From assembly GCA_043747615.1 (NCBI GenBank), contig JAYTOU010000071.1, forward strand, positions 1 through 21,179: DNA of 21,179 bases, given 5' to 3'. Shown here piece by piece: positions 1-9,106 of the stretch. This stretch comes from Myxococcales bacterium. GTDB taxonomy: Bacteria > Myxococcota_A > Polyangia > Polyangiales > Polyangiaceae. The notes beneath the pieces are model-generated. The model was given only the letters and a program-made list of their open reading frames with translations, made no database searches and was not told the DNA's origin. A program made the translations under genes and the position numbers. Within the stretch, counting starts at the first letter, position 1; every line of letters begins with the position of its first letter.

Positions 1-209
1 GCGTCGCTCGCCAGCTTGAACCAGTAGCAGTGCTGCACTTCGGTCCCTGCCGGCACCGAGAACGTGGGCGTCGTGAGCTGCAGGCCGTGCTCCGGAGGCG
101 CGAGATCCACCGCGGCGGGATCGCTGCCAGGCTCGCCGTAGCAGCCGCTGGCGATCACCGCGAGACCGAGGATGCATGCCGCGCCCGAAAGCAGATTCGA
201 AATTTTCAT
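1..209 (-). CDS. Partial (5' end only) predicted lipoprotein, possibly with a copper-monooxygenase-like N-terminal domain
   Basis: Not in the ORF track because it runs off the left edge. Manual translation from ATG at 209: MKISNLLSGAACILGLAVIASGCYGEPGSDPAAVDLAPPEHGLQLTTPTFSVPAGTEVQHCYWFKLASD. It has a lipobox (IASG-C). The GLQLTTP..VPAGTEVQHCYWF segment resembles myxobacterial Cu-monooxygenase-like lipoproteins (recall, weak). Confidence 0.7.
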   Translation of the reverse strand, partial: MKISNLLSGAACILGLAVIASGCYGEPGSDPAAVDLAPPEHGLQLTTPTFSVPAGTEVQHCYWFKLASD

Positions 210-387
210 TTTTTTAGAGTCCCCGGCGTTGCTCTTTGCAGAGACCGGGCCACCGGGCTTACCCGAGAAAACTAGAGGTTTTTCGGCGCGGACGGGCGGA
301 AATTCGCGGCCGACCGGGGCAGCTGGATCAGTGTGCCGCGGTGTGCCGTACCTTTAGTCGAAATCTTACGTATCCTCCCCGACCTCG

Positions 388-1737
388 ATGGGGCTTCGAA
401 GCGCGGTCACGATCTCGGCGGTTGCGTGCGCTTTTGCGTGGGCAGGTGTAGCGGCCGCTTCGCCGGAGGACGTCTTCAGCTACGGCCCTCGCTCTCCAGC
501 GATGGGCGGCACCGGCGCAGCACACGCCTCCGAGTTCGACGCGGCATACGCAAACCCCGCGCTGCTGTCGCGGATGCGCGCGAGGAAGATCACCGTTGGA
601 TGGCAAGGGGCCACGTTCAATCTCCACGCAGACGGACCGGGGTTGCCCGGTCGCGTTTCCTACGAGCCCGCAAAGGGAGCGATCATCGGTGTCGGACTTC
701 CGCTGCCCTTCGGAGGCGTCCTCAAAGATCGCGTCGGAGCCGCCTTCGCGTTCTACACCCCGACCCAGATTTTGGTGCGCGGGCGCATACTGTATCCAGA
801 GAAAGCTCAGTTTCCGCTTATTCCGGATCGCACCCAGTCCGTGGCCGCGCGCTTCGGGTTGGGCATCGACGTGGGCTACGGATTTCGCGTGGGGGCTGGG
901 TTCGCGGCTCTCGCCCAGATCGCCGGCGACGTTGTGGTGGCGACGGACGCGACTGGCCGGGTCGGGTCGCGAGTCGAAGATCAGCTCGTCGCGACCTACG
1001 CGCCGATCGTCGGGATCTCTTACGAACGGAAGGTGCGCCACGACGGCGTCTTTCGTGGCGCCCTCGTGTACCGGGGTACGCTAGACGCCCGCTTCGCCGT
1101 GAAGATCGACGCCACGAAGCTGAGCTCGCTGAACATTCCGGTCTTCAACATTTCCGGAATCGCGCAGTACGACCCAGCACAAATGACGGCCGAGGGTGCG
1201 TACCAAAGCAAGGAATGGACGCTCGCCGTCGGCGTCACCTACAAACGCTGGAGCAAGTATCCGGGGCTCGCGGAGCCTACGATTCTGTGCCCGGACGACA
1301 ATCCGGACTGCGGCGCGCTTCAGCCGACGAAGCTCGCGCTCACCGACACGTTCGTCCCGCGCGTCGGCGTGGATCGCGCGGTCGCGGTCACGAAGGGGAT
1401 GACCCTGCACGTTCGCGGCGGCTACGCGCTCGAGTCGACGCCGACGCCCGCCAGTCTTCCTCCCTCGCAGGCGTGGGATCCCGCGGCGAAGCAGAACGCG
1501 AACGTGCCGACCCGCTTCTTCGATGCGTCACGCCACATCTTCACGCTGGGCGGGGGGATCGAGCTGCACGACCCGCTCCCCGCGCTCACCCTCGACGTCT
1601 ACGCGCAAGACCACGTTCTTCCTACGCGCACCGTCGACGTGCAGTCCGGAGCAGACTCCAACATCGGCGCGTTTGGCCCAGCGAAAATCTCGGGATCGGT
1701 CCTGGCCGCGGGGATGCTGCTCGGGGTGCCGTTTTGA
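388..1737 (+). CDS. FadL/OmpP1 (TodX)-family outer-membrane beta-barrel, copy 1
   Basis: Signal peptide ending AAA. Hatch-like motif GPRSPAMGGTGAA...AAYANPALL, amphipathic beta-strands and a C-terminal Phe (LLGVPF). Confidence 0.8.
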   Translation: MGLRSAVTISAVACAFAWAGVAAASPEDVFSYGPRSPAMGGTGAAHASEFDAAYANPALLSRMRARKITVGWQGATFNLHADGPGLPGRVSYEPAKGAIIGVGLPLPFGGVLKDRVGAAFAFYTPTQILVRGRILYPEKAQFPLIPDRTQSVAARFGLGIDVGYGFRVGAGFAALAQIAGDVVVATDATGRVGSRVEDQLVATYAPIVGISYERKVRHDGVFRGALVYRGTLDARFAVKIDATKLSSLNIPVFNISGIAQYDPAQMTAEGAYQSKEWTLAVGVTYKRWSKYPGLAEPTILCPDDNPDCGALQPTKLALTDTFVPRVGVDRAVAVTKGMTLHVRGGYALESTPTPASLPPSQAWDPAAKQNANVPTRFFDASRHIFTLGGGIELHDPLPALTLDVYAQDHVLPTRTVDVQSGADSNIGAFGPAKISGSVLAAGMLLGVPF

Positions 1738-1757
1738 CGCGCGCCGCGAAAACTGGG

Positions 1758-3092
1758 GTGAAACACGCGCTCTCCGTGTTAGCTGCAGTATGCACGTTTA
1801 CGTCCGCGGAAGCGCGGGCGAACCCTCTCGACACGTTTGGTCTCGGGTCGCGCGAGGCGTCGATGGGGGGGGCGGCTTCGGCCGACGCGCGCGATTTCTC
1901 CGCGAACTATTACAACCCCGCGGGGCTCGCCCGTGCGCGCGGGCTCGAGATCTCGATCGGATATTTCCGCGCCGACCATTTCTTGAAGGCGAACGGAAAC
2001 GACAACCACGTCGACCCCGTGAAGGGCCTCGTGGCCGGGGTCGTTGCTCCAGGGAAGCTCTTCGGCATTCCGTTCGCCTTCGGCCTCGCCCTTCATCTGC
2101 CCGACGATCGCCTCTCCCGCGTGCGTGCCCTTCGCCAGGAGCAGCCGCGCTGGGAGCTCTACGACAATCGCAACCAGCGGATTTTTCTCGCCACCAACGT
2201 GGCGGTGAGTCCCTTTCCCTGGCTCCAGCTTGGCGGCGGCCTGTCGTACATGTCGTCAACCGCAGGGCGTCTCGACATCACCGGGACCGCCAATATTTTC
2301 CGCGTGGAGCAGTCGCAGCTGCGTCATGAGGTGGACGCTGATCTCACGGCGATTCGCTATCCCCAGCTCGGCGTGCGGGTGGCGCTCTCCAAGCGCGCGG
2401 CGCTGGCGGTCGTCTACCGCGGTCAATTTCAGCTCGATCTGGATCTCACGGCCAAGCTTCAGGGAGACATCTCGAGCCTCACCACCGCGTTCTACGAGAT
2501 CGAGGCGAAGAGCGTGAATGCGTTTCTGCCGCGGCAAGTGGTGATCGGTGGGTCGTGGCTCCTGGGAGACGATCTCCGCGCGAACGTCGACCTCACCTGG
2601 CTGAACTGGCACGCGTACATTTCGCCGGTGGCGAGCCTCGACGTAGCCTTGAACATTCCGTCCCCCGCAGGCGGTTGGCCAGCGGGCATCACGCCTCCCA
2701 CCACCCCGGCGAAAAATCACGTCGTGGCGATCGAGATGCATGATCGCGTCGTGCCTCACCTCGGCGCCGAGTGGCGAGCCTTTCACAAGAAGGATAGCGA
2801 GGGCTTTCTGCGCGCGGGCTACGAGTACGCGAAGAGCCCTATTTCTCCGCAGAGCGGGGCTACCAACTACACGGATCGCGATCGCCACTCCGTCTCCCTC
2901 GGGCTCGGAGTTCGGGTGCTCGCGCCGCTCAGCGTCCTGCCGGGGGACGTGCGCCTCGACGTGCACACCCAGCTGAGCGAGCTCACGAGCGCGGTCACCC
3001 GCAAGCGCGATCCGGCAGACTTCATCGGCGACTACACGGCCGGCGGCCACATCTGGAACGTCGGCGCCACGATGACCGTCGGGTTCCCATGA
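1758..3092 (+). CDS. FadL/OmpP1-family outer-membrane beta-barrel, copy 2 (444 aa)
   Basis: This is the 3' part of track ORF 333..3092. GTG at 1758 gives signal peptide MKHALSVLAAVCTFTSAEARA. Motifs GSREASMGGA..NYYNPAGL and FLRAGYEYAKSP, ending ATMTVGFP. Confidence 0.8.
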   Translation: MKHALSVLAAVCTFTSAEARANPLDTFGLGSREASMGGAASADARDFSANYYNPAGLARARGLEISIGYFRADHFLKANGNDNHVDPVKGLVAGVVAPGKLFGIPFAFGLALHLPDDRLSRVRALRQEQPRWELYDNRNQRIFLATNVAVSPFPWLQLGGGLSYMSSTAGRLDITGTANIFRVEQSQLRHEVDADLTAIRYPQLGVRVALSKRAALAVVYRGQFQLDLDLTAKLQGDISSLTTAFYEIEAKSVNAFLPRQVVIGGSWLLGDDLRANVDLTWLNWHAYISPVASLDVALNIPSPAGGWPAGITPPTTPAKNHVVAIEMHDRVVPHLGAEWRAFHKKDSEGFLRAGYEYAKSPISPQSGATNYTDRDRHSVSLGLGVRVLAPLSVLPGDVRLDVHTQLSELTSAVTRKRDPADFIGDYTAGGHIWNVGATMTVGFP

Positions 3093-3102
3093 CGAGACTC
3101 TC

Positions 3103-4203
3103 ATGAAGCGACTCCATCTCCTCTTTCTCGCGACGCTCTCCTCGGCGTGCGCGACCCTCGACTCGGCGGGGGAGGGGGATCGCGATCTGCCGTCCTCGGG
3201 CGTCGGACCGTTTCGGAAGTTGACGGGCAAAGAGATCTTCGGCGTCGCTCCCTTCGTGCTCAATGACACGCTTGGGCAGTACCGCGAGCCTGCAGCGCTG
3301 GCGCTCGATCGATCAGGAGGGGTCGCTCTTTTTCTCGTCGCGCGTGTGGCGAAGAAGGACGTGATCGTCAGGACCCGCGCCAAGGATGCGCGCTCGTTCT
3401 ACGGGGCCCCGCTCGACACCGGTCACGCGCCGGTCGTGGCGCTCGTGGCCGACGCGACGTGGGAAGGGCCTGATCTCTCCGGACCGAGCCCGCTTCGCGT
3501 GGGGAGCGAAATCTGGCTGTATTATGCGGCTGCCGGCGGTATCGGCCTCGCGCGCTCGACCGACGGGTACGCGTTCACGAAGCTCGCCGCGCCGGTCGTG
3601 GCCACGGATCTCGGTCTCGACCAAGGCCGCACGCCCGCTGCTCCGAGCGTTGCGATTCTCCCCGATGGACGCTTTCGAATGCTCTTCGCGTGGGGTGCGT
3701 CCATCGCCGAGGCGGCGAGCAAAGACGGCATCACCTGGGCCCGCGTCGATGCCGATCCCTCGACGCCCGATATCGATCCGGTGCTCACCCCGAGCGCGCC
3801 GGTCTCTTCCGACACGCTCGCCCCCGGCCAGAAGCCGCCGTTCGATACCGGTCAAGTCACCGATCCCGTCCTTCTCCCTCGAGTGACCGCCGCGGGGCGA
3901 TGGCAGATACGTGTGCTCTACACGGGATATGATACGCCTCCGGGAGCTGCGGCACGGACGAGCGCGATTGGTTTCGCGGCACGCTACGGGAGCGACGGGC
4001 CCCTCGAGCGAAACGCTCTGCCCGTTCTGTCTCTCGGTAAGCACGAGCGCGGCCCGGCCTTCTTCGAGTGGGACGGCGGAGCGATGCTCTACGTGGCCAT
4101 CGACACCGTGGACGGAGCGCTCACCTACCCGGCGATCGCCGCAGCCTTCGCGCCCGCGACGCAGACGCTCGACATGCCGTCCTCCTTTGCCGACGGCCCC
4201 TAG
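3103..4203 (+). CDS. Lipoprotein with a five-bladed beta-propeller (GH43/GH32/GH130-like fold)
   Basis: Lipobox LSSA-C. Blade-like repeats GPSPLRVGSEIWLYY..IGLARSTDGYAF, APSVAILPDGRFRMLF..ASKDGITW and DPVLL..RVLYTG..SAIGFA. Confidence 0.65.
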   Translation: MKRLHLLFLATLSSACATLDSAGEGDRDLPSSGVGPFRKLTGKEIFGVAPFVLNDTLGQYREPAALALDRSGGVALFLVARVAKKDVIVRTRAKDARSFYGAPLDTGHAPVVALVADATWEGPDLSGPSPLRVGSEIWLYYAAAGGIGLARSTDGYAFTKLAAPVVATDLGLDQGRTPAAPSVAILPDGRFRMLFAWGASIAEAASKDGITWARVDADPSTPDIDPVLTPSAPVSSDTLAPGQKPPFDTGQVTDPVLLPRVTAAGRWQIRVLYTGYDTPPGAAARTSAIGFAARYGSDGPLERNALPVLSLGKHERGPAFFEWDGGAMLYVAIDTVDGALTYPAIAAAFAPATQTLDMPSSFADGP

Positions 4204-4252
4204 GCGAGGCTTTCGGACGGGACCTACGCCATCCTGTAGTCTGATTCCAACG

Positions 4253-5275
4253 ATGCTTGCCGGATTGATCCTCGGTCTCTTCTTCGTGACGCCGTTCGTC
4301 GTCACCTATGCGCTCTTCATTCGCTGGGTCGATCGCTTCGAGCCGGAGCCGTGGTGGCTTCTGATCTGCGCGTTCATCTGGGGCGCAGTATTCGCCACGA
4401 TGGGCGGAGGTATCTCGAGCAGCATCGGTGAATCCGTCGCCGCCGCGGTGACCGGCGCGCAGGCCGACGACGAGGGAATTTCGGCGTTCGGAACCACGGT
4501 TCTCGCCCCGGTCTTCGAAGAGGGCTTCAAGGGTCTCGGAGTCGCGCTCATCGCTGGCATCAGCGCAATGGGTCTCAAAGAGCTCGATGGGCCGCTCGAC
4601 GGGGCGATCTACGGCGGGATCGTTGGCCTCGGATTCACCCTCACCGAGGACATCCTCTACGTCGGCACCGCCTTCGCGAAAGGCGGTATCGGGAGCTTCG
4701 TCGGCCTGCTCTTCATCCGCACCGTTCTCCTTGGCCTGTCGCACTGCACGTTCACCGCATGCACCGGAATCGGATTCGGCATCGCCGCCGAATCCAAGAA
4801 CTGGTTCGTAAAAATCGGCGCACCGATCTTCGGCTACTTCGTCGCCATGTCCATGCATGCCTTCCACAACGCGCTCCCCACGTTCTTCGGCGGAGGCGGG
4901 GCCGCGCTGATGATCCTCTCCTCGTGGGTCATCGACATTCTCTTCTTCGTCCTTCTCGCAGCTCTCGTCATGCGCGATCGGGCGATCGTGATCCGCGAGC
5001 TCACGGGAGAGGTGGGCGGACTCCTTCACCCGCGCGAGCTCCAGCTCATCACCACCTACTTCACGATCGGACTTCGCAACTGGGGGACGCTGTTTTCCGA
5101 GGGATGGAGCGCTTTTCGCGCGCGTCGCCACAAGCAGCTGGCGCTCGTCGAGCTTGCGTTCATCAAGAGCCGTCGCCGCCGCGGGGAGCGCGGACGCGAT
5201 CTCGACATCAAAGAGGCGCGCCTCCGCCAAGAGGTCTACGTCGCGAACCAGCGCGGCGTGTGGATCGGCAGTTAG
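4253..5275 (+). CDS. PrsW-family intramembrane glutamic metalloprotease (340 aa)
   Basis: Motifs DRFEPEPW, PVFEEGFK, GLGFTLTEDILY, SHCTFT and MHAFHN, with multiple TM segments. Start trimmed to ATG 4253 because the upstream extension overlaps the previous gene. Confidence 0.88.
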   Translation: MLAGLILGLFFVTPFVVTYALFIRWVDRFEPEPWWLLICAFIWGAVFATMGGGISSSIGESVAAAVTGAQADDEGISAFGTTVLAPVFEEGFKGLGVALIAGISAMGLKELDGPLDGAIYGGIVGLGFTLTEDILYVGTAFAKGGIGSFVGLLFIRTVLLGLSHCTFTACTGIGFGIAAESKNWFVKIGAPIFGYFVAMSMHAFHNALPTFFGGGGAALMILSSWVIDILFFVLLAALVMRDRAIVIRELTGEVGGLLHPRELQLITTYFTIGLRNWGTLFSEGWSAFRARRHKQLALVELAFIKSRRRRGERGRDLDIKEARLRQEVYVANQRGVWIGS

Positions 5276-5327
5276 CAATTGCTGCGTTTCCGACGTCGAG
5301 CTGTCGCTTCGCGGCCGGCGCGTTGGA

Positions 5328-6920
5328 CTAGTTCGTACGACGTACGGTCGTGAGCGCGCGGGCAGGCAGGCCGTGAACGCTCAGGGAGGCATAATTTACC
5401 GGGCCTTCGGGGATCATCATGAACCCGCCCGGAAGGTGATCGTACTTGTAGAAGTGGCCGGTTGCCGTGCCGAGCGTCGAGCCGTCGACCGCCGCGTAGC
5501 TGACCGCGTGGGGCTCTGCGTTCGGCGCGCGGGTGAGCGTCGTGGTCTGCCCGAAGGAGAGCGAGCCGTCTGCGGCCACGTCGACGAAGCGGTAGACGGT
5601 GGGAGCCGGGAGCTGCTGCACGTGGACGTCTTTGGCGCCGTTGACGAATGCGATCCGGTCGAAGAGAGCCGCGTAGGTGTAGTCGCTGATCCACTCGGGC
5701 GAGCAGTAGCCCATGAGGTCTTTGCCTTGCGCGGGATCGATGAGCGCCTTCGTGACGATGTTGTAGCCCCACGCTCCGATGCCGCCCGCCGCGTACGGGA
5801 ACTGCGGATCGGGGCCGCTCGCGCCCCCGCAAGGCGCGTGGCTACGACCGTGCGCGTGGCCGACCTCGTGGGCCATGGTGAGCGCGGAGCTGTCGTCGCC
5901 GAAGCCGACGCCGACGCTGGCCCGTCCGGTGGGGTCATCGGGGACATCGTTGACGCCGCTGAGACCGGTGACGCAGCCGCCCTGGCAGTAGTTGTTGAAC
6001 GACGAGGCCGGTGCGAAGGCCCCAAAGTAGTAAACATCGTCGGCCGCGTTATCGCTCGCCCGAAGATCGACCATCGCCTGAAGGATTCCGCCGAAGCCCG
6101 CGCCACCGGCGTTGATGCCGCTGGCCCACGGGAACGGGGCGCGGACCGTGATCTCGACCTTGGCCGCAGGGTAGATGGCGAGCATCTCTTGCCGATAGGC
6201 CTCGAGCTGCGCGGCATCGACGATCGGCAAACGGTTCGAGCCGTCGGCCTGGTACTGCACCGGAACGATCTTCACCTTGAGCTGCGCGCCGCTGTTCTTC
6301 GTGCCGAGAACAGCGAGCGAGCCGTCGGCGGGGAAACGTGCGGTGCTCGACTTACCCGCGGCCGTCTCGCCCGCAGACGAATCAGTGAGCGCCACCCCGA
6401 ACTTGACCCCGACAGGCAAGCTTGATCCGGGCACGATGAAATTGAAGGTCGAGTCGGGCGCCGCGTCGGTGGATGCCGCGCTGATCGTCTTGGTGCTCGT
6501 GACTTGCGGAAATGCCGTTCCGTCTGCGGCGGTGAGGCTGAGGACCGCGGTGACCGCTTTCGCCGTCCACCCTGCCCCGGGCTTCACGTAAAGACGAACG
6601 AGCCCATCGCGACCGGCGACGATAGGAATGCTCGACGTCGCTTTCGCGCCTGCCTTCACCACGGAGATTTTTACGGCTTGAAAGATCGCGACCTCGTCGA
6701 CCGATAGACCGCTGAGCAGGTGGGTCGGCGGCGTCGGCGGCCTCGTTCCCGAGCTGCCATCTTTGCCGCTTCCTCCGTCGCCACTCGAGACCGCGCTCCC
6801 GGCGTCGTTCGACATGTCGTCGGTGGCGCGGTTCGCCGCGCCGAAGTTCGGGTTCGGATCGGTCCCGGAGCAGCCAGTGACGACGAAGGCACCGAGCACG
6901 AAGCAGACGGAGGTGTTCAT
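5328..6920 (-). CDS. Secreted metzincin metalloprotease lipoprotein (peptidase M66-like)
   Basis: Zinc motif HEVGHAHGRSH and Met-turn DLMGYC. Lipobox VVTG-C after ATG 6920 (GGGAG upstream), followed by a Gly/Ser/Pro linker. Confidence 0.82.
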   Translation of the reverse strand: MNTSVCFVLGAFVVTGCSGTDPNPNFGAANRATDDMSNDAGSAVSSGDGGSGKDGSSGTRPPTPPTHLLSGLSVDEVAIFQAVKISVVKAGAKATSSIPIVAGRDGLVRLYVKPGAGWTAKAVTAVLSLTAADGTAFPQVTSTKTISAASTDAAPDSTFNFIVPGSSLPVGVKFGVALTDSSAGETAAGKSSTARFPADGSLAVLGTKNSGAQLKVKIVPVQYQADGSNRLPIVDAAQLEAYRQEMLAIYPAAKVEITVRAPFPWASGINAGGAGFGGILQAMVDLRASDNAADDVYYFGAFAPASSFNNYCQGGCVTGLSGVNDVPDDPTGRASVGVGFGDDSSALTMAHEVGHAHGRSHAPCGGASGPDPQFPYAAGGIGAWGYNIVTKALIDPAQGKDLMGYCSPEWISDYTYAALFDRIAFVNGAKDVHVQQLPAPTVYRFVDVAADGSLSFGQTTTLTRAPNAEPHAVSYAAVDGSTLGTATGHFYKYDHLPGGFMMIPEGPVNYASLSVHGLPARALTTVRRTN

Positions 6921-7158
6921 GGCGAGCTCCCGTCCAGGGCGCAAGGAAGTGCGGGCCCCAGACCTAGAATGCAGTTCTAACCGAGGCAGGATCTATTTCC
7001 ACCTGATTATCGGGAAAACACGCGTTGCCAAATTGGAAATCGAGGGGCTTCTTTGCCTATTTTTCCAGGCTCACTGTGAGTCGCTCATTCGGCGCGCGCT
7101 CTGCGGCAGGTCTCAACGGAAACTTGTCTTGTGGACGCAAAAAGCTCTCACACGCGAC

Positions 7159-7665
7159 CTACCATGCGACCTCGATCGCCATCCCTCGCACGCCCGCATC
7201 GCCGTCGCTCGGAGGGAAGGTGAGGAGCTTCACGGGAGCGATGACGCAGATGAGCGCGTTCGCCGTCGCGCCCGGGGCGACCTTCACGTTGACCCCCGTG
7301 ACGAGTCCGTCTGGCCCGATCTGCGCAACCACCCGCACCGCGCCGGAGACGAGCTTGCCCCGCATCTGCAGATCAGCGGCGCATGATTGGAGCGTGTCGG
7401 CCAGGCGATCGATGGTCGCCGACGACAGCTCTCGCGACAGGCCACGCGCTTCGGCGAGCGCGACGGTTCCGAGCGGGCGTCGAGCGACGTACTCGTACGC
7501 GTCACCGCTGGAAGGCTGCTTCGCAGACGGCACGTCTGCGGCGGTGCGCACGTCATGCGATTCAGGGACTACGTCGCGTCCGCTGCCGCACGCCGCAAGG
7601 AGGAGGACGATCGCCAGAGACCGCCGCGGGGAATCGTGTTGGGGGCGCGCAGGCACGGTACCCAT
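7159..7665 (-). CDS. Lipoprotein with a TonB-C/AgmX-PglI C-terminal-like domain
   Basis: Lipobox LLAA-C. C-terminal pattern LQSC...GAVRVVAQIGPDGLVT...ALICVIAPVKLLTFPP. Start codon uncertain. Confidence 0.55.
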   Translation of the reverse strand: MGTVPARPQHDSPRRSLAIVLLLAACGSGRDVVPESHDVRTAADVPSAKQPSSGDAYEYVARRPLGTVALAEARGLSRELSSATIDRLADTLQSCAADLQMRGKLVSGAVRVVAQIGPDGLVTGVNVKVAPGATANALICVIAPVKLLTFPPSDGDAGVRGMAIEVAW

Positions 7666-7685
7666 ACGTTACGCTGTTGCTCGCG

Positions 7686-8201
7686 CTACCACATCCCCAC
7701 GAGGCCGAACGTCTTCTCCTTGCCGAAGAAGCGCAGCGTGGGTGAGATCGAGAACGCGTTTTGTTTGCGCGCACCGGCGTCATCCCAGGCGAGCACGGTG
7801 GCATCGACAGAGACTGCAGTGACGGCTCCGCTTGCTGCGCCGAGCACGCTGAAAGTGAGAAGCGAAGGACCGCTCTCCCTGGTGGCTAGGTACCTTGCGC
7901 CGCCGAGCAGGGATGCCCCCGCGAGCGGCATTCCGAGTCGCAGCCCGAGATCGACGAGACCCCTCAGCGGTCTGCCGTGGATCGCGTGGACGATCGGAGC
8001 ACCGAGAAGGTACCCCGGCAGAAACAGCGTCCCTGACGTTGCGATCCCGCCTGCAATCGCACCACCGTCGGCCACGAGCGTTTGCAGCCCGTACCAGCTT
8101 CGGCGGGGCGGATCCGCAGGCGTCTCTGCCGCGCTCGCCGAGAACGTCGCCGCGGAGACCGCGAAGACGGCAATGACGAAAAGCGAAGGCCGCATGGTCA
8201 T
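7686..8201 (-). CDS. Hypothetical exported membrane protein with a C-terminal beta-signal-like end
   Basis: Signal peptide MTMRPSLFVIAVFAVSAATFSASA from ATG 8201. Core WYGLQTLVADG..GYLLGAPIVH, Gly-rich hydrophobic helices, ending TFGLVGMW. Confidence 0.65.
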   Translation of the reverse strand: MTMRPSLFVIAVFAVSAATFSASAAETPADPPRRSWYGLQTLVADGGAIAGGIATSGTLFLPGYLLGAPIVHAIHGRPLRGLVDLGLRLGMPLAGASLLGGARYLATRESGPSLLTFSVLGAASGAVTAVSVDATVLAWDDAGARKQNAFSISPTLRFFGKEKTFGLVGMW

Positions 8202-8390
8202 GCCGCTCCACGCGAGCCGAGCGTGCTGCGCTTCGTCCCTGGCGGCGGCACCGCAGCGGCGAACGAGCTCCCGAGGCAGCACCGCTGGACCGTGAACGAG
8301 ATTCGCGAGGTCACGAAGTCTTCCGAGGCGTACGCCGTCGACGAGCGAAGAAATGCCGTAGATGCCACCACAGACCAGACAATGGAATAG

Positions 8391-8444
8391 TTGATATTCA
8401 TTTGTGTATATGAATTATATTTCATATACACGTGTGTATGTCAA
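8391..8444. promoter_or_regulatory. AT-rich divergent promoter/operator with overlapping palindromes
   Basis: Perfect 11-bp inverted repeat GTGTATATGAA (8404-8414) / TTCATATACAC (8421-8431). Near-perfect 18-bp palindrome CATATACACGTGTGTATG (8423-8440) overlapping the tetR ATG. Minus-strand TTGACA (8444-8439)-N19-TATAAT (8419-8414). Confidence 0.75.
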
Positions 8445-9106
8445 CGTCGGCCGTCCCGAAGCGCGCCGCGCGGCCGCGTAACAAGGCGCGTGCCTACGAG
8501 AGCGGGGTGCGCGCGCAGGCGAAAGAGGAGACTCGGGGCGCGCTGGTCAAGGCAGCCCTCGCCCTCTTCGCCGAGAAAGGTCTCGATGCGCCGATCGACG
8601 AGATCTGCGCCCGGGCGGGCTACTCGCGTGGGGCGTTTTATGCGCACTTCGGAGACCGCGATGCGCTGATGGTCGCGGCGATGCTGTCCCGTCGTGAGGC
8701 CACCTTCGAAGGCTTGCTCACGATGCTTCGTGACGAGCTCAGCATTCCTCCGCTCCTCGAGCTCCTCGGGGGCCTCGTCGCGTCAGGCTCGTTCCCTTCG
8801 AAGGAAGGCGTGCGGAGCCCCGAGTTCCTCCAGGCCTGCCGGCGCTCGAAGGAGCTTCGCCGCGCCCAGCTCGCTCTCCTCGATCAAACTTCCGCTCGCC
8901 TGGCGCAGGTGGTTCGCCGGGATCAAAAAGCGGGAGTCATCCGTCGCGACGTCGAGCCGTCTTCCCTAGCTGCGCTCCTCGTCGTTCTCGAGGCGGGAGT
9001 CGAAGTGATGGCGGATCTCGGGTGGGACTACGACGTCATCGCCGTGGCCAAGCTCGCCTCGCTAATCGTCGGCGCAGAGAAAAAAAGCGCGAAGCGTGCG
9101 CGCTAA
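8438..9106 (+). CDS. TetR/AcrR-family transcriptional regulator
   Basis: HTH motif ALVKAALALFAEKGLDAPIDEICARAGYSRGAFYAHFGDRDAL, and C-terminal QKAGVIRRDV typical of TetR_C domains. Confidence 0.93.
   Translation: MSTSAVPKRAARPRNKARAYESGVRAQAKEETRGALVKAALALFAEKGLDAPIDEICARAGYSRGAFYAHFGDRDALMVAAMLSRREATFEGLLTMLRDELSIPPLLELLGGLVASGSFPSKEGVRSPEFLQACRRSKELRRAQLALLDQTSARLAQVVRRDQKAGVIRRDVEPSSLAALLVVLEAGVEVMADLGWDYDVIAVAKLASLIVGAEKKSAKRAR

Noticed and set aside
333..3092. 919-aa ORF that looks like a giant fusion
   Set aside because: Its first 475 codons are an Arg-rich off-frame read over gene 388..1737. The real protein starts with a signal peptide at GTG 1758.
3911..4252. N-terminal extension of the PrsW ORF
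   Set aside because: It overlaps the upstream lipoprotein gene in another frame and has low-complexity composition. The hydrophobic protein begins at ATG 4253.
6965..6981. Short dyad TAGAA-N5-TTCTA upstream of the M66-like gene as a LexA/SOS box
   Set aside because: The arms are only 5 bp and match the recalled Myxococcus LexA consensus poorly, so it could be chance.
8198..8431. 77-aa minus-strand ORF starting in the AT-rich island
   Set aside because: It begins inside the promoter/operator, upstream of the predicted TSS, and has atypical codon usage and no motif.
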